Notes: a model not told the origin generated them from the letters alone. A stretch of 64,000 bases of DNA from Octopus vulgaris (GCA_951406725.2 OX597832.1:6014001-6078000), one strand, 5' to 3'. Counted from the first letter of the stretch, positions 41,027-53,488 are shown. Numbers and translations are program-made.

Positions 41027-41487
41027 CATGGCAGTGTCATGTAAAAGTGCCCATGCGATGCCACATAAAAGTAGTCGTACAGTAACACATAAAAGTGCCT
41101 GTGTCATGTCACATAAAAGCACCCATTCAATGCCACATAAAAGTGCCCATGTGGTGCCACATAAAAGTACCCATGTGGTGCCACATAAAAGTTCCCATGC
41201 AGTGCCACGTAAAAGTGCCCATGTGGTGCCACATAAAAGTGCCCATGTGGTGCCACATAAAAGTACCCATGTGGTGCCACATAAAAGTGCCCATGCAGTG
41301 CCATGTAAAAGTGCCCATGTGGTGCCACATAAAAGTGCCCATGTGGTGCCACATAAAAGTGCCCATGTGGTGCCACATAAAAGTGCCCATGTGGTGCCAC
41401 ATAAAAGTGCCCATGCAGTGCCATGTTAAAGTGCCTGTGTGGTGCCACATAAAAGCACCCACGCGGTGCCATATAAAAGCACCCAGC
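41027..41487 (+). repeat. 24-bp minisatellite (GTGCCACATAAAAGTGCCCATGTG, about 19 units) inside an RTE-tail SINE
   Basis: Visible tandem units, followed by the family tail AGGGCATCCAGCCGTAGAAAC...GCCAGCATGG. Confidence 0.9.
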
Positions 41488-42753
41488 ACACACTGTAAAG
41501 TAATTGGTGTTATGGAGGGCATCCAGCCGTAGAAACCATGTCAAATCAGACTGGGGTCTGGTGCAGCTCCCCAACTTGCCAGCTCTGGTCACACCATCCA
41601 ACTCAAGCCAGCATGGACAGGCAGCGAGCTGGCAGAACCGTTAGCACGCCGGGCGAAATGTGTAGCCATATTTCGTCTGCCGTTACGTTCTGAGTTCAAA
41701 TTCCGCCGAGGTCGACTTTGCCTTTCATCCTTTCGGGGTCAGTAAATTAAGTACCAGTTACGCACTGGGGTCAATGTAATCGACTCAATCCGTTTGTCTG
41801 TCCTTGTTTGTCCCTTCTATGTTTAGCCCCTTGTGGGTAATAAAGAAACAGATATACATGTGTGTGTGTGTGTATGACTTCATTTGTCCTCCACTACTGC
41901 TTGACAACCAGTGCTGGTTTGTTTATGTCCCCATAACTTAGCAGTTTGGCAAAAGAGATCAATATGGCCATAGTCTAATGACTGAAACAAGTAAAAGATA
42001 AAAGACAGAATACATCTGTTGTGAGATGCATCTTAATATAACTGCCTATATGATATATTTCTTTATATGATATATCTGTTATCTGATATACAGCTTAGAT
42101 GATATAAATGTTTATAAGATTTTTTCCCCACTTATTTCAGTCATTAGACTGTGGCCATGCTGGGGTGCCCCATGGAAAGGTTTTTCAGTTGATCAGGTAC
42201 CCTTTTTTGTACCCAAGTACCCTTTTTTGATAAACTGTTAAATTATGGAGATGTAAACTAACTTATACCAGTGATAGACCAGCAGAAGTACAAATACACA
42301 CACACACACATTCATTCATGCATATATATATATATATATACGAGCAAAACACCCACCATCCAATGGACGGTGCTGTTGTACTGACACGTACAAATGCATG
42401 TTCCCACGGCTTTATCGATCACATTCTCACCTAGAATGGATTTTTGTAATTTTTTCAAGACTTATACATACCCTGACACCATCAGTATCTACATATCAAA
42501 TTTGAGTGCAATCAGATGGAGGATGCTCGAGATCCTAGAAGACACACACACACACAGACAGACAGAACGGATTTTATATAATAGATAATGGGCTTCCATA
42601 CAGTTTCTGTTCACCAAATTCACTTACAAGGTATTGATTCGCCTAGGGCTATACTAGAAAACATTTGCTCAAAATTCCATGCAGTTGTTCTGGGCATGAA
42701 ACTATACATCTAAATCTTTTTATAAGGTAGATTTGTTTTTGGGATTTTTTTGG

Positions 42754-42953
42754 TTAACCCTTTAGCATTTAAACTGGCCAAAATATTCTACTTGTTTTGT
42801 GTTCAAGCCTGCCAGATCTGACCTCTCACACCTACACTACAATCACAAAATCTTCAAAATCTTGAGACTACAAGATAATGCATAATTCATTCAAAACATT
42901 GTGAAGAAGTAAGCATTGCATTTAACAGAATAATCTGAACATTAAAGGGTTAA
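42754..42953. mobile_element. piggyBac-like MITE (TTAA-CCC...GGG-TTAA); relatives at about 50279-50504 and 58770-58880
   Basis: TTAACCCTTTAGCATT...ATTAAAGGGTTAA. Confidence 0.65.
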
Positions 42954-43519
42954 ATGCAATGTTATCACTAGTTTCAATATACCAATAGCTTGTAAGCAAG
43001 CCTTTCACTGTGTTTTGTCATGGAGAAAATTTCTCGCTGTAGACAAAAGGTGTAAATTTTTTTTTTCTTGCCCTTTTCAAGCCTAGCCAGGCTCATGGGC
43101 CCGGTTTCTGTGGTGTATGTGTTCCCCCTAGCTGGATGGGACGCCAGTCCATCACAGCATTACTCAAGAAACAAGAAGAGAAAATGAGAGAAAGTTGTGG
43201 CGAAAGAGTACAACAGGGGTCGCCACCACCCCCTGCCGGAGCCTTGTGGAGATTTAAGGTGTTTTCGCTCAATAAACACACACAATGCCCGGTCTGGGAA
43301 TCAAAACCGCAATCCTCCAACCGCGAGTCTGCTGCCCTAACCACTGGGCCATTGCACCTCCAAATGGTGTGAATACCACCATGTAATTAAATTATGATGC
43401 TACCACCCTGTAATTTAATTATGATGAGCCATCGATTTTTACTACCAGCTGATGTATGTTGATTGGAATAACATAAGAAAGATTGTCTTTCTTATCAGCT
43501 CAGTGCTGCCATCTGGTTT

Positions 43520-43567
43520 CTGTGACTGAAGAGGAGATAACCACTCCAAAATGCTTGCATCTCACAG
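43520..43567 (+). ncRNA. Type I hammerhead relic with a G12A core mutation
   Basis: CTGTGA-CTGAAGA-GGAG(ATAACCA)CTCC-AAAA-TGC(TT)GCA-TC-TCACAG. All three stems are perfect; GAAA has become AAAA at a CpG site. Confidence 0.72.
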
Positions 43568-46103
43568 TCTGGATAGGTGGGGCTGTGAGCTGATTTAAGT
43601 GTATTTACACCATTTGTCTAGAACGAGAAATTTTCTCCATGACAAAACACACTAAATGGCTTATTTACAAGTCCAAACATGCTACTGGCATATTCGAACT
43701 GGTAATAATGCAATTATACACTTCACCACTTAGTGCTCCCACCCTGTAACTAAAGTGTTAATTTGCTACATTCTAACTATAAACTGAAAGTTAACACTTT
43801 CGAATAACTAGTATTCTTGATTACACACATGTATAAATATGCAACTGAAGAATAACATCTGTATCTTGACATTTTTCATTAGTATTACTACTATCTGTAT
43901 ACTAAAGTTTTGTATTCCTAGCTGTAATAGTAAATTACAAGCTTTAGGTATATCTTAGGAAGATGCCTTTGCAGGTCCTTAGATTACTTAGACTAGAAGA
44001 TTTCAGTGATTGGTATGAAGCATGAAGAATCTGAGGTTAGTATTTGTAGGGAAATTCTGAAGCATTTTAGGACTAGTTGTAGAAGGGGGTGCTGCAAAGT
44101 TCCTGCTTTAAGGGTATCATGAAAGGCCAAGTAGGAGGCCCAACCCTAAGAGGTCTTTAACAAGGCTTAGAAAAGCTGAAGGACCACTACGATAAGTGTG
44201 TAAATTTGAGAAGGGGATATGTTTCTCCATTGATTTTGATTACGAGCTGTCTCAAAGTGTGGCCTATCATATTTTCTTGAGACTTTCCTCTCCTAGGTCT
44301 TGTTGGTATTGAAATGTCATTGATGCTTCTGTATGTGATCTTTGCTTCACATATGGTATAGTGAAAATATCATGGTACTCACATCGATATTAATTAAAAT
44401 GTCATATTGGGACCCTGGGACACAAAGAGAAATGACACTTGAGATGCAACATGTTAACATAAACTTCAAGAGTAGGCCATCCAGTTGATCAAACAACTGA
44501 ATACTCATCAATGGGGAATCTAGTACTATCTGTGTCATTTCATATCAGACCTATCACCTTCAGATCTAACTTCCTATTTCATGTCACCATCACACCTAGC
44601 TCTTCATTGATACAAACACTTCGTACTGTCAGTACCTACACAGCACTCAACAAAATTTGTCTAGATTACAATAGCTCACTTGTGCTCTTCTTTTCCTGCT
44701 AATTAATGAGATATAAACAAAGGACTTTACAAGCCATTTCCTTCTCTATAGCCTTCACAGATATTTCACACCTTACTCCTATGTCACACTATCATGTCCT
44801 ATGATGCTTCTTACACATACTTCATGTCATTAACTATCTGTACTGAAAAGCAAACTTATTCTTCTAACAGAGGTAATAGCTTCATAAATTTATTACACCC
44901 ACGGCTTATTCTATTTCTCACACTCTCACTTCAATCCCTCATATATAAATCAGGTCAACTATGCCTACTGAACAAGAGAGCAGTTTGTAAATGCTATTTC
45001 TGTTTTTCTGGCACATTTCAAGTCTTTGTTCTCAATCAACTTGATACAAATCACACTATATATTTTGTATACCCATTGTTCCTATCAACTTCCCTCTTAC
45101 ATATCAACTAAATCCACTTCTCAGTTAACACTGGAATGTTAAACACTTTATAGCTAATGAGTATTTTGGTGTTTATCTGTTTGGATTATGGTCCATATCT
45201 TTAGATTTTTGACTTGTTCTCCATAGCTCTTCAATACACTCTGCAACGAAAATAAGTATTTCTGTTTTTGTCTCAACTTATGTTCTTGTCTCAAAAATTT
45301 TAAGAATACAGGAGCACTGGTACAGAGTTAAAAAAGAGCTTAGTGAAAACCAACGTCTACACTAAACACCTCAATACTTGCAATGTACCAGTAAAATGTT
45401 TATACTGACCCAACAAGCCATTGGTCCTAATTTTTGTTACTTCAGAACTTGTGCATGATTCTGGCAAAGGTTATTTCATAGTGGGCAAATGCTAAGTAGA
45501 GTTGATTTTGCTTAAGAAACTTTCCCATAAAGAATATGTCCTCTACAATTTCATATCCTGAAACAAATCAGCAGAAAATCTTATCCTGTACCAACTTAGC
45601 TAAAACTGAACTACTTTTAAAGTTTGGTTCATCAGTCTGAAACATGTGTAGTTAACCTTCTCAAATGAATTTCCTTTGCTCTAGTAACATTTAACAATGT
45701 TGCAGCTATATCAGTGATTGGTCATACTAATCATTACAACATTTACAATGAGGAATATAGAGTAAGATTCTTGGTAAAATAAGTTTTGTTTTAAAAATGG
45801 TCTGGAATAGGATGTGTTGTTAAGTAACACCCATTCCTCTCTATTTGAGATGACATATGAATCATTCTACCATGGCTATTCAAGCTATTTTGTGGGATAT
45901 AATCTTCCTAACATTTCATCATCAATCTTGTCATTTAACGTCCACTTTTCCATGCTTTCATTGCTGAGACAGAATTTGTTGAGACATTTTTCTATGGCCA
46001 TATGCCCTTTCTGTCATCAACCCACACCTGTTTCCAATCAAGGTAATATTTTCCCATAGCTAGATGTTGTTTTTCATGCAAGATTGGAAGCAAACTTTAT
46101 TTT

Positions 46104-46291
46104 GATGATAATGATGCTTTAGTTCTATATTTAAGAGATGAGGAATTATGTACATTATTTACATTCGACAGATATTTGTCCTCATCTTGTTTGTTGTTAA
46201 CACAACGTTTCGGCTGATATACCCTCCAGCTTTCTTCAAGTGTCTTGGGGAAATTTCGAACCTGGGTTCTCATTCCTAAGGTATTCTTCAA

Positions 46292-46337
<46 letters not shown>

Positions 46338-46417
46338 GTTCAGGTCACTGCTTGGAATCGAACTTGGAATCTCGGGGTTAGTAGTCTGCACTCTTAACCA
46401 CTATGCCATATGCCCAC
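46104..46417 (-). mobile_element. Composite SINE-like element: tRNA-like head, (AAT)n, hammerhead-bearing body
   Basis: A-box TGGCATAGTGG (46408-46398) and B-box AGTTCGATTCC (46364-46354), followed by an (AAT)n tract and the HHR-like motif. Confidence 0.55.
46199..46244 (-). ncRNA. Degenerate minimal type I hammerhead
   Basis: Minus strand reads GACAC-TTGAAGA-A-AGCTGG(AGGGTATA)TCAGCC-GAAACGTT-GTGTT. Confidence 0.6.
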
Positions 46418-47221
46418 TGTCTTGCAATCCAAAATACCTCAGCTCATTCATCCTCACGTCTCTGGACATTGGCAATGTCCATCTTCTATGTGAGCATTTT
46501 TTGAACAGTTTGATAGGAGCTGGTAAACCAGAGGTCTACACCAAAATCCACTGTAAGCTTTGGTACGGTTTTCACAGCTGGATGCTCTTCTTAACATCAA
46601 CCACTTTACAAATGGATGCTATGAGTTATTTTGAGTTTCTATTTACCAAATCGATACACAAGACTTTGGTCAGCCTGCAGGTATAGTAAAAGATACTTGC
46701 TCAAGGTGGTATGCAGAGGGACTGAACCCAAGACCACATGGTTGGGAAGCAAGTTTCTCAACCATACAGCCATACCTGGACCGTTACAAATTAAAAGTTA
46801 CAGTCCTTACAATTTTAAAGATGGTAGAGAATTGGTGTGGTTGGCATTAGGAAGGGCATCCAGCTGTAGAAACTTTGCCAGATCAGATTGATCCTCGTGC
46901 AGCCTCTGGTTCACTGGTCCTCAGTCAAACAGTTCAACCCATGCCAGCATGGAAAGCGGACGTTAAATGATGATGATGATGAACAACGATGATATACAAA
47001 GTATGGGGGTTTAGTTCACAGGTGATCTATACGATTAGGTATGCTAGGTAAGTGCTGTAATGGATTACTAGGGCTCCAAGGTTATAGCCGAGATGGTAGT
47101 TATGGAGCCATTGCAGATTTCCAATATAGCAGATATATAATTGTTAAAGAGGACAACAAACGCTAAGGCAAAGCAAACATCTCAAGTCATACATATATTA
47201 TTATTAGAAAAAAAATCCAAA

Positions 47222-47277
47222 GTCTCACAGTTGTTTCTGGGATGTCCCATTATATGGGATATTCCATCATCAGAGAC
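47222..47277 (-). ncRNA. Type I hammerhead relic with a non-cleavable GUG triplet
   Basis: Minus strand reads GTCT-CTGATGA-long stem II (TGGAATATCCCAT/ATGGGACATCCCA)-GAAAC-AACT-GT-G-AGAC. Confidence 0.7.
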
Positions 47278-47798
47278 AAATAGGGAAAAATAAGGAAATT
47301 GAGAATGGTATATATTAATGAGATGACAACATAGAGGAAGGGAGTAAAAGAATAAGGAGATGGAGAGAAAGAAGAAAAAAGAAGTATAAAAGTTCATAGT
47401 TCAACTTGCTGAAGTTGTATGAACAAGAGCATAAGTCCTTAGGTGCAATCCTGCATAGATCTATGTGGGTTAAAATCCTGATATAATAGACATCCAGAGA
47501 AAAAAGACATGAACAAATCATGTTCAATAACAGAATGTTATGGGAGCTTTTTATGTGGCACCAACACAGGGCTCTTGCAGGCCAACCCCCTTCCATAGCG
47601 GGAGTAGCATTAACACTTCTGCCACATAAACACACATACCAGTATTTCGAAGACCATAATTAGTGCAAAATCACATTTTAATATTCAATATTTGGTCAAA
47701 AACAATACAAACTGGTTGAGGAATATAAAAATGAATGAGACATTCAAGATTTAAAATATTGCTTTAGAGAACAAAATGACAAATTAATATTTACTTAC

Positions 47799-47879
47799 AA
47801 GATTGGGTCTTCTTGTTAAAGGTACAGTCAACAAAGCCACTGAATGAAGCAGATGTATACTGTTTCCTGTGTCAAAGAC
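47799..47879 (-). CDS. TMEM256: TMEM256 homolog, coding exon 3 (VFDTGNSIHLLHSVALLTVPLTRRPNL)
   Basis: Acceptor TATTTTAG, donor GTAAGT, 81 nt. Aligns to the family motif F..AN..H..HSLALL.VP..R.P. Confidence 0.93.
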
Positions 47880-49464
47880 CTAAAATATAAACAGAATATA
47901 CTTTTTGTAAAATAAAAGCGAGAAAAGAACCGAATATCAATGACATTGACCAATGAATACATGGGAGATTCCTACAATAGTACACAGTTTATTAAGTCTG
48001 AGTAAATGAGACATTATCCCATGTTTAATCACTTCTCAAACTAATTTCACTCTAGGTTATTCACCCACCTTGACTATTCTTCTATCCTATTCTGTCTCGC
48101 ATATTCACCTTGTTCCTTGACCTTACATCACTCTCTCTCTCTCTCTCATTCCAGATGGGAAGCCATGTATTCACCTCTTCAACACTTGCTCCTGTTCCTC
48201 TATCATATTTTCATATTCCTCAATACTATACCCAGCTCAGTTCAGGGAGCTTGTCCTACAAGGACTTGGTACCCTCACCAGTGCTAGTACCATGGAAAAG
48301 GAAACCAGTACATTCTGTGGGGTGGTTGGCATTAGGAAGGGTATCCAGCTGTAGAAACATGTCAAAGCAGACATTGGTGCTCAGCAAAGTCCTCTGGCTT
48401 GCAAGTTCATGTCACAATGTCCAATCCATGCCAGCCTGGAAAAAGGGATGTTAAATAACAAGTATGATGCAGAGTAGAATAAGGATAATTAAGTGAAGAT
48501 GATTAATTAATGCCCAGTTTAAATTCCAGTATGTTACTATTGGTTGAGAAGGAGTGTTTTGCGATCTTAGGTGTAAATTAAAGTGTCAATGAGACAGGAA
48601 AAAGATAGGCTGGTATAATGATATAAAGTTGTAGCTGTTGTTGTTTCATCCCAGGTTAGTCTTGAAAGTGCACATCAGTAACCATATTCGGGCCTTGATG
48701 CCTTGTCTTTTTGTTTATCTAGGATTTCATGATCCAATAGTTCCTTCCTTCCTTTCTTAAAGACGGTTGAAAGTGAACTGAGGAAGATTGGGATTGTGAT
48801 TGCTTTAGTTGGATGATGTGCATACAGTCAGCAATCTTAAACCATTGCAGCAGAAATAATAGATGGTAAAATACACTTAGTGTCAGTGAAAATGCATAGT
48901 CAGGGAAGGCTTGTCTATCAATTGCATACTCGTTTTGGAAATGCAATTCAGAAAGCATAATTGTAGATGGTGACCTCACTAGTGCTAGTGCCATGAAAAA
49001 AGAACCTAGTATACTCTGTGAAGTAGTTGGTATTAGGAAGATATGAGAACAGTACTTTGATACAATGGGTAATGACTACCTAGGGTTACAGTGAACAACT
49101 GTTCAGAACTGAATTTTCAGGCTCTAAAAAGAAAATCTAGCTTTTGTAAGAGTTTTCACTATGTGATGGATGCATGATTGCAATTAAAGGTGATAATAGT
49201 TTAGCCATAGGATCATTCTAATAGAGCAGGCCTACAATCAAAGGTGTGTCAATATGATTATACCATCTTTTTTATTTATCTAGGGCTACATAATCCAATG
49301 TATCCCTTATATCGTGATTTGAGAGAAATCTAATGGCTAGTTTTAACAGGTCAAATGACTGCTGTTGATTAGTGTAAAACCTTACATCTGTAATGTGTTT
49401 AATGGCTTTGAATTGTGCTTATTAGTAGTAGTGAAGATGTAGTATTATAGAAAGTGTAGCTTCA

Positions 49465-49697
49465 AAGGCAGCGAGCTGGCAGAAACGTTAGCATGCTGGA
49501 CGAAATGCATAGCAGCATTTCGTCTGCCGCTACATTCTGAGTTCAAATTCCGCCGAGGTCGACTTTGCCTTTCATCCTTTCGGGGTTGATTAAATAAGTA
49601 CCAGTTATGCACTGGGGTCGATATAATCGACTTAATCTGTTTGTCTGTCCTTGTTTGTCTCCTCTGTGTGTAGCCCCTTGTGGACAGTAAAGAAATA
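49465..49697 (+). mobile_element. tRNA-derived SINE family B, representative copy with a 16-bp TSD
   Basis: Head GGCAGCGAGCTGGCAGAAACGTTAGC...GAGTTCAAATTCC; TSD AGAAAGTGTAGCTTCA. Other copies: 11150-11310(-), 25751-26121(+), 33915-34150(+), 35675-35866(-), 37464-37688(-, TSD GCTGAAATATCCT), 41620-41850(+), 59848-60063(-, TSD TATAGGATGTTTCTT). Confidence 0.88.
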
Positions 49698-50102
49698 AGA
49701 AAGTGTAGCTTCATATCCATAAGAGTACAGGATGATAATGTAAGAGAAAGGAGTAAAAAACTGCAGAACAGGTGGTAAAAGGAAGATAGACTTTGGAAAA
49801 GTAGTAAAGTCGTATCTTAAAATACTAGCTTCACAGAGATGACATCAGACTAACTTGCACAGAAAAAATACAGTGTAATAACTCCTTCTCATCCATCATC
49901 ATAAAAAGACCATAAAACACTGCTAGTTTATTTATAACCATACACGTTGACTGAGTGTATACTCTAATTAAACTCTCACTCAGTATAAACAAATTTCATT
50001 TATATCTTCATAGTTCTGTAGACTTGCCTTTTTTTTTACAGAATATTTCTATGTATAGTTACAACATATAGAATTAAAAAATGAATCAAAAATATCACTC
50101 AC

Positions 50103-50140
50103 TTGTTTTAATTCTGTATTTTTACTCTTTGCATGAATAA
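50103..50140 (-). CDS. TMEM256: TMEM256 homolog, coding exon 2 (38 nt; VIHAKSKNTELKQ)
   Basis: Acceptor TTTTTCCAG, donor GTGAGT. Phase 1 in and phase 0 out joins exons 1 and 3 in frame, and it occupies the position of the short second exon of TMEM256. Confidence 0.85.
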
Positions 50141-51049
50141 CTGGAAAAATAAATCAATATTATATTTAGTGATGATATCTAAACATCATATCAAACATTA
50201 GTACCCAATACATCTTTTGTTATTGTGAGCAAGATCTCAGTTAAGCTTCTTTGATATAGCATCTACAAAAACTAGTTTAGCCTTTTAGCATTCAGATTAC
50301 TCTATCAAAATATAATGTTTGTTTATTCAGATTGTTTGAAAGTAATCATGCATTGTCTTATAGCGTCAAGATTTTGGTGACTGGATTTCTTATTCTTAGA
50401 ATGACCTTGTAGGGTAGGTGTAAGAAATCAGATCTGGCTGGTTCAAACATAAAACAAGCAAAACTTTTGGGCCGGTCATGACAGGCTTAAATGCTAAGGA
50501 TTAAGTATCCAGTTAAACCTGTGTATAGTTAAGCTATTGACAATGAAATCAGCAACACTCCACAAGTTTGTTTAATGGGAGAGTGATTTCTGGACAGCCA
50601 GTGAGGTGAAAAATAAAATGTATAAGCAAACAAAATGACAGATGAATTCAGGTGTGTCAAGCCATCCAATGCTGATTAGGTGCTCCATGGCATCACCTAA
50701 AATGGGAGGACACACATGATACTCTCAATGTCTACTGATCAACTATTGCAATGGTTATAAAATCTTGGTCTGTTCTTGCCTACAGAGCACACAACAGCTC
50801 TCTGTGAGAGTGTACTAGTAAAAGCGTGAAAACAAACATTAATAAAACACAAAAATCTCTTGTAAGTAGTCCTTTGAATTTGTGTCTGGCATTAAAGAAA
50901 GGCATCCCAACCACAGAAACCATGCCAAAGCAAACACTGGAACTCAATTTCAGTCCTTTGACTTGTCAAATCTTCTCAAACCATTCAACCGATGCCAGTG
51001 AAGTAGACAGATGTTAAATAATGGTGATGATAACAACATAAAATCTGTA

Positions 51050-52135
51050 GACTTGATCACTATACACAATCCTCCCAAATCCTCTTTGACAAAAATTCAG
51101 GTGTGTACTATTGTATGCATCTTCTTTACAGCCACTTTTATCTTTTCTATGTCATCAAATTATTGGCCCCAAAGACTATTCTTCATTGGACAAAACAAAT
51201 GGAAGTTAAAGGGCACTAAATCCAGGATGTAAGGTAAATGGAGTACAACTGACCAGCTCAATCTGCCACTCATCTGATATATTGGTTTCAAATTTTGGCA
51301 CAACGCCAGCAATTTTTAGGGAGCTGGTAAGTCAATTACATCAACCCCCAATGCTCAAGTGGTATTTATTTATCAAGCCTGAAAGGACAAAAGCCAAAGT
51401 CAACCTTAACAGAATTTGAATTCAGAATGTAAAAATGGACAAAATGCCACTAAGCATTTTACCCAGGATGCAAACAATTTGACCAGCTTGCAGCCTTTTT
51501 ATAAAGTTGCCAGCAGGTAGCTATGGAGAATCGAACTCCATACTGGGCAAGTGCCCTGTACAATTAAATTAAGTGTTCCCTGACCACTTGACTGATATAA
51601 TACCAAATGATGTATGTAATCACCTATTGTCATGGTAACTGTGGATCATTTTCAGATTCTTGATCAGTTTCTTCTTTGAAGTTTTTTTAGTGTTTCAAAT
51701 GTCCCACTTGCTGTTTACAGCAGAGCCATGTTCCAGAAAATCTATGAGAATGATACTCTTTTCATCCCCCAAACTAGTCACTATATTTTCTGTGTCAATT
51801 GTTGGCACTTGAGCACCTTAGTCCTTGGAGTCTTTATTAGCTTCAGATGCTTCCAATAGATCAGAGCAGGCTTCATCCTTCTCTCCTTCAAATCAAGTAT
51901 CAACTGCTGAAGTACCACTTTGCACACACTTACTGTCATGATCAATGCGACAATCATATGCTACACACCTTCCTTCCAAGCACTGCTGTAAACAGCAGAA
52001 GTGAGCTAGAATGTTAAAACTTAGTGTGCATACACAGCAGAGATCAAGGTCAATCTGTGCCAAGCAGCTTCACTGTGCATACCTTAGCTTCATTACTATG
52101 GCAACAGTCCAGATACTCATTGATCAGACCATGTG
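51050..52135 (-). mobile_element. Highly decayed mariner with a nested SINE (about 51285-51495)
   Basis: Minus strand PYILDLVPFNFHLFCPMK, derived from YSPDLAPSDFHLF. Confidence 0.5.
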
Positions 52136-52162
52136 TATATAGATATATATACAAACATACAT

Positions 52163-52370
52163 AGATCGCCATGTTGATTCGTTAGTTACTGCACGCATTT
52201 TTGCACGCATTTTTGTTTCTCTCTCTCTGTGTATCTTTCTGTTGAAGAGCGTAGGCTCGAAACGTTAAAGACTTGTTTTATTTATATTTCCTGAGCGCCA
52301 TACTAATACAATTGTTTGTTTGTTTCCCACCTGCCTTCGTCTTTTGTCTATTTTCATAAAGCTTCCCGTT
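52163..52370 (+). mobile_element. Non-autonomous PLE-like repeat with a minimal hammerhead-like motif (52234-52271)
   Basis: Near-identical to 58005-58218 and related to 1450-1640. Motif TCTTT-CTGTTGA-A-GAG(CGTAGG)CTC-GAAACGTT-AAAGA; flanked by microsatellite. Confidence 0.6.
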
Positions 52371-52395
52371 GTATGTATGTATGTATGTATACATG

Positions 52396-52434
<39 letters not shown>

Positions 52435-53260
52435 TCATCATCATTTAGCGTCCGCTTTCCATGCTAGCATGGGTTGGACGGTTCAACTGGGGTCTGGGAA
52501 GCCAGAAGGCTGCACCAGGCCCAGTCTGATCTGGCAATGTTTCTACGGCTGGATGTCCTTCCTAACGCCAACCACTCCGTGAGTGTAGTGGGTGCTTTTA
52601 ACGTGCCACCGGCACAGGTGCCAGACGAGGCTGGCAAACGGCCACAGTTGGATGGTGCTTTTTACGTGCCACCGGCATGGGAGCCAGGCGAGGCTGGCAA
52701 CGGCCACGATCGGATGGTGTTTTTTACGTGCCACCAGCATGGAGGCCAGTCAGGGCGGCACTGGCAACAGCCACGATCGGATGGTTCGCTTATGTGCCAC
52801 CAGCACTACCAAGAGGCCACGATATCCTCTATGCTAGCTCTGTCTCTTCAGTGTTCTGTAGGGATGGGTAAATAGAGTCTGGATGTTGAGTGTGCCTCTA
52901 GGCTTCATCAGAGGGCCTAAATGTTTAGGAGAGCCGATACATACAAGAGTCAGTTACTAGTAGCTACAGTGTATTTTTCTCATTGAATAGAGCATAAGAA
53001 GAATAGGAGCAAGACTAGGAGTGTGAAAGGAGTAAAATTTAGTAAAATGGATTAGATATAGGAAAGAGAAATAAGTCATAGACTTCAAGTGTTGCCTTCC
53101 AAGATCCATGTTATTTTGTCCAGTGGTGGATAAAGTTCAAAGGTCATGCTTCACCACCTCGTCCCAGGTTTTCCTAGGTCTACCTCTTCCACACGTTCCC
53201 TCAACCGCTAGGGTGTGGCACTTTTTCACACAACTATCTTCAGCCATTCTCGTCACATGA

Positions 53261-53300
<40 letters not shown>

Positions 53301-53411
53301 ATAGTTATCGCCATACTAATATGGCATTCTTATAAAAATAAGAAAACAAGTGGATGTATTCCACCGAAACTAGGTAAATAAAACCATCGAACAGAGATTG
53401 TCGGAAGCGAC

Positions 53412-53488
53412 ACCTACTGGCTGGCTACGCTGCATTGAAAAGGGGCAATACTCCGAAACGCGTCTGTAGCTGCCGGTCAAGTAGTGTG
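53412..53488 (+). ncRNA. Type I hammerhead ribozyme, U3-A8 core variant (copy 1)
   Basis: Stem I GCTGCA/TGTAGC, core TTGAAAA, stem II GGGG-CAATA-CTCC, GAAA, palindromic stem III ACGCGT, GUC cleavage triplet (cut after 53464). Stem I extends with TGGCTGGC/GCCGGTCA. Confidence 0.85.

Noticed and set aside
41028-41601. Repetitive ORFs (HVVPHKSA)n, or a CRISPR-like array
   Set aside because: A contiguous 24-bp minisatellite inside a SINE, with no unique spacers and no cas genes, in a eukaryotic context.
53145-53263. Inverted RTE segment mirroring 54878-55025 around the hammerhead array, as if forming TIRs
   Set aside because: The two segments are noticeably diverged copies of an abundant RTE family, most simply independent insertions.
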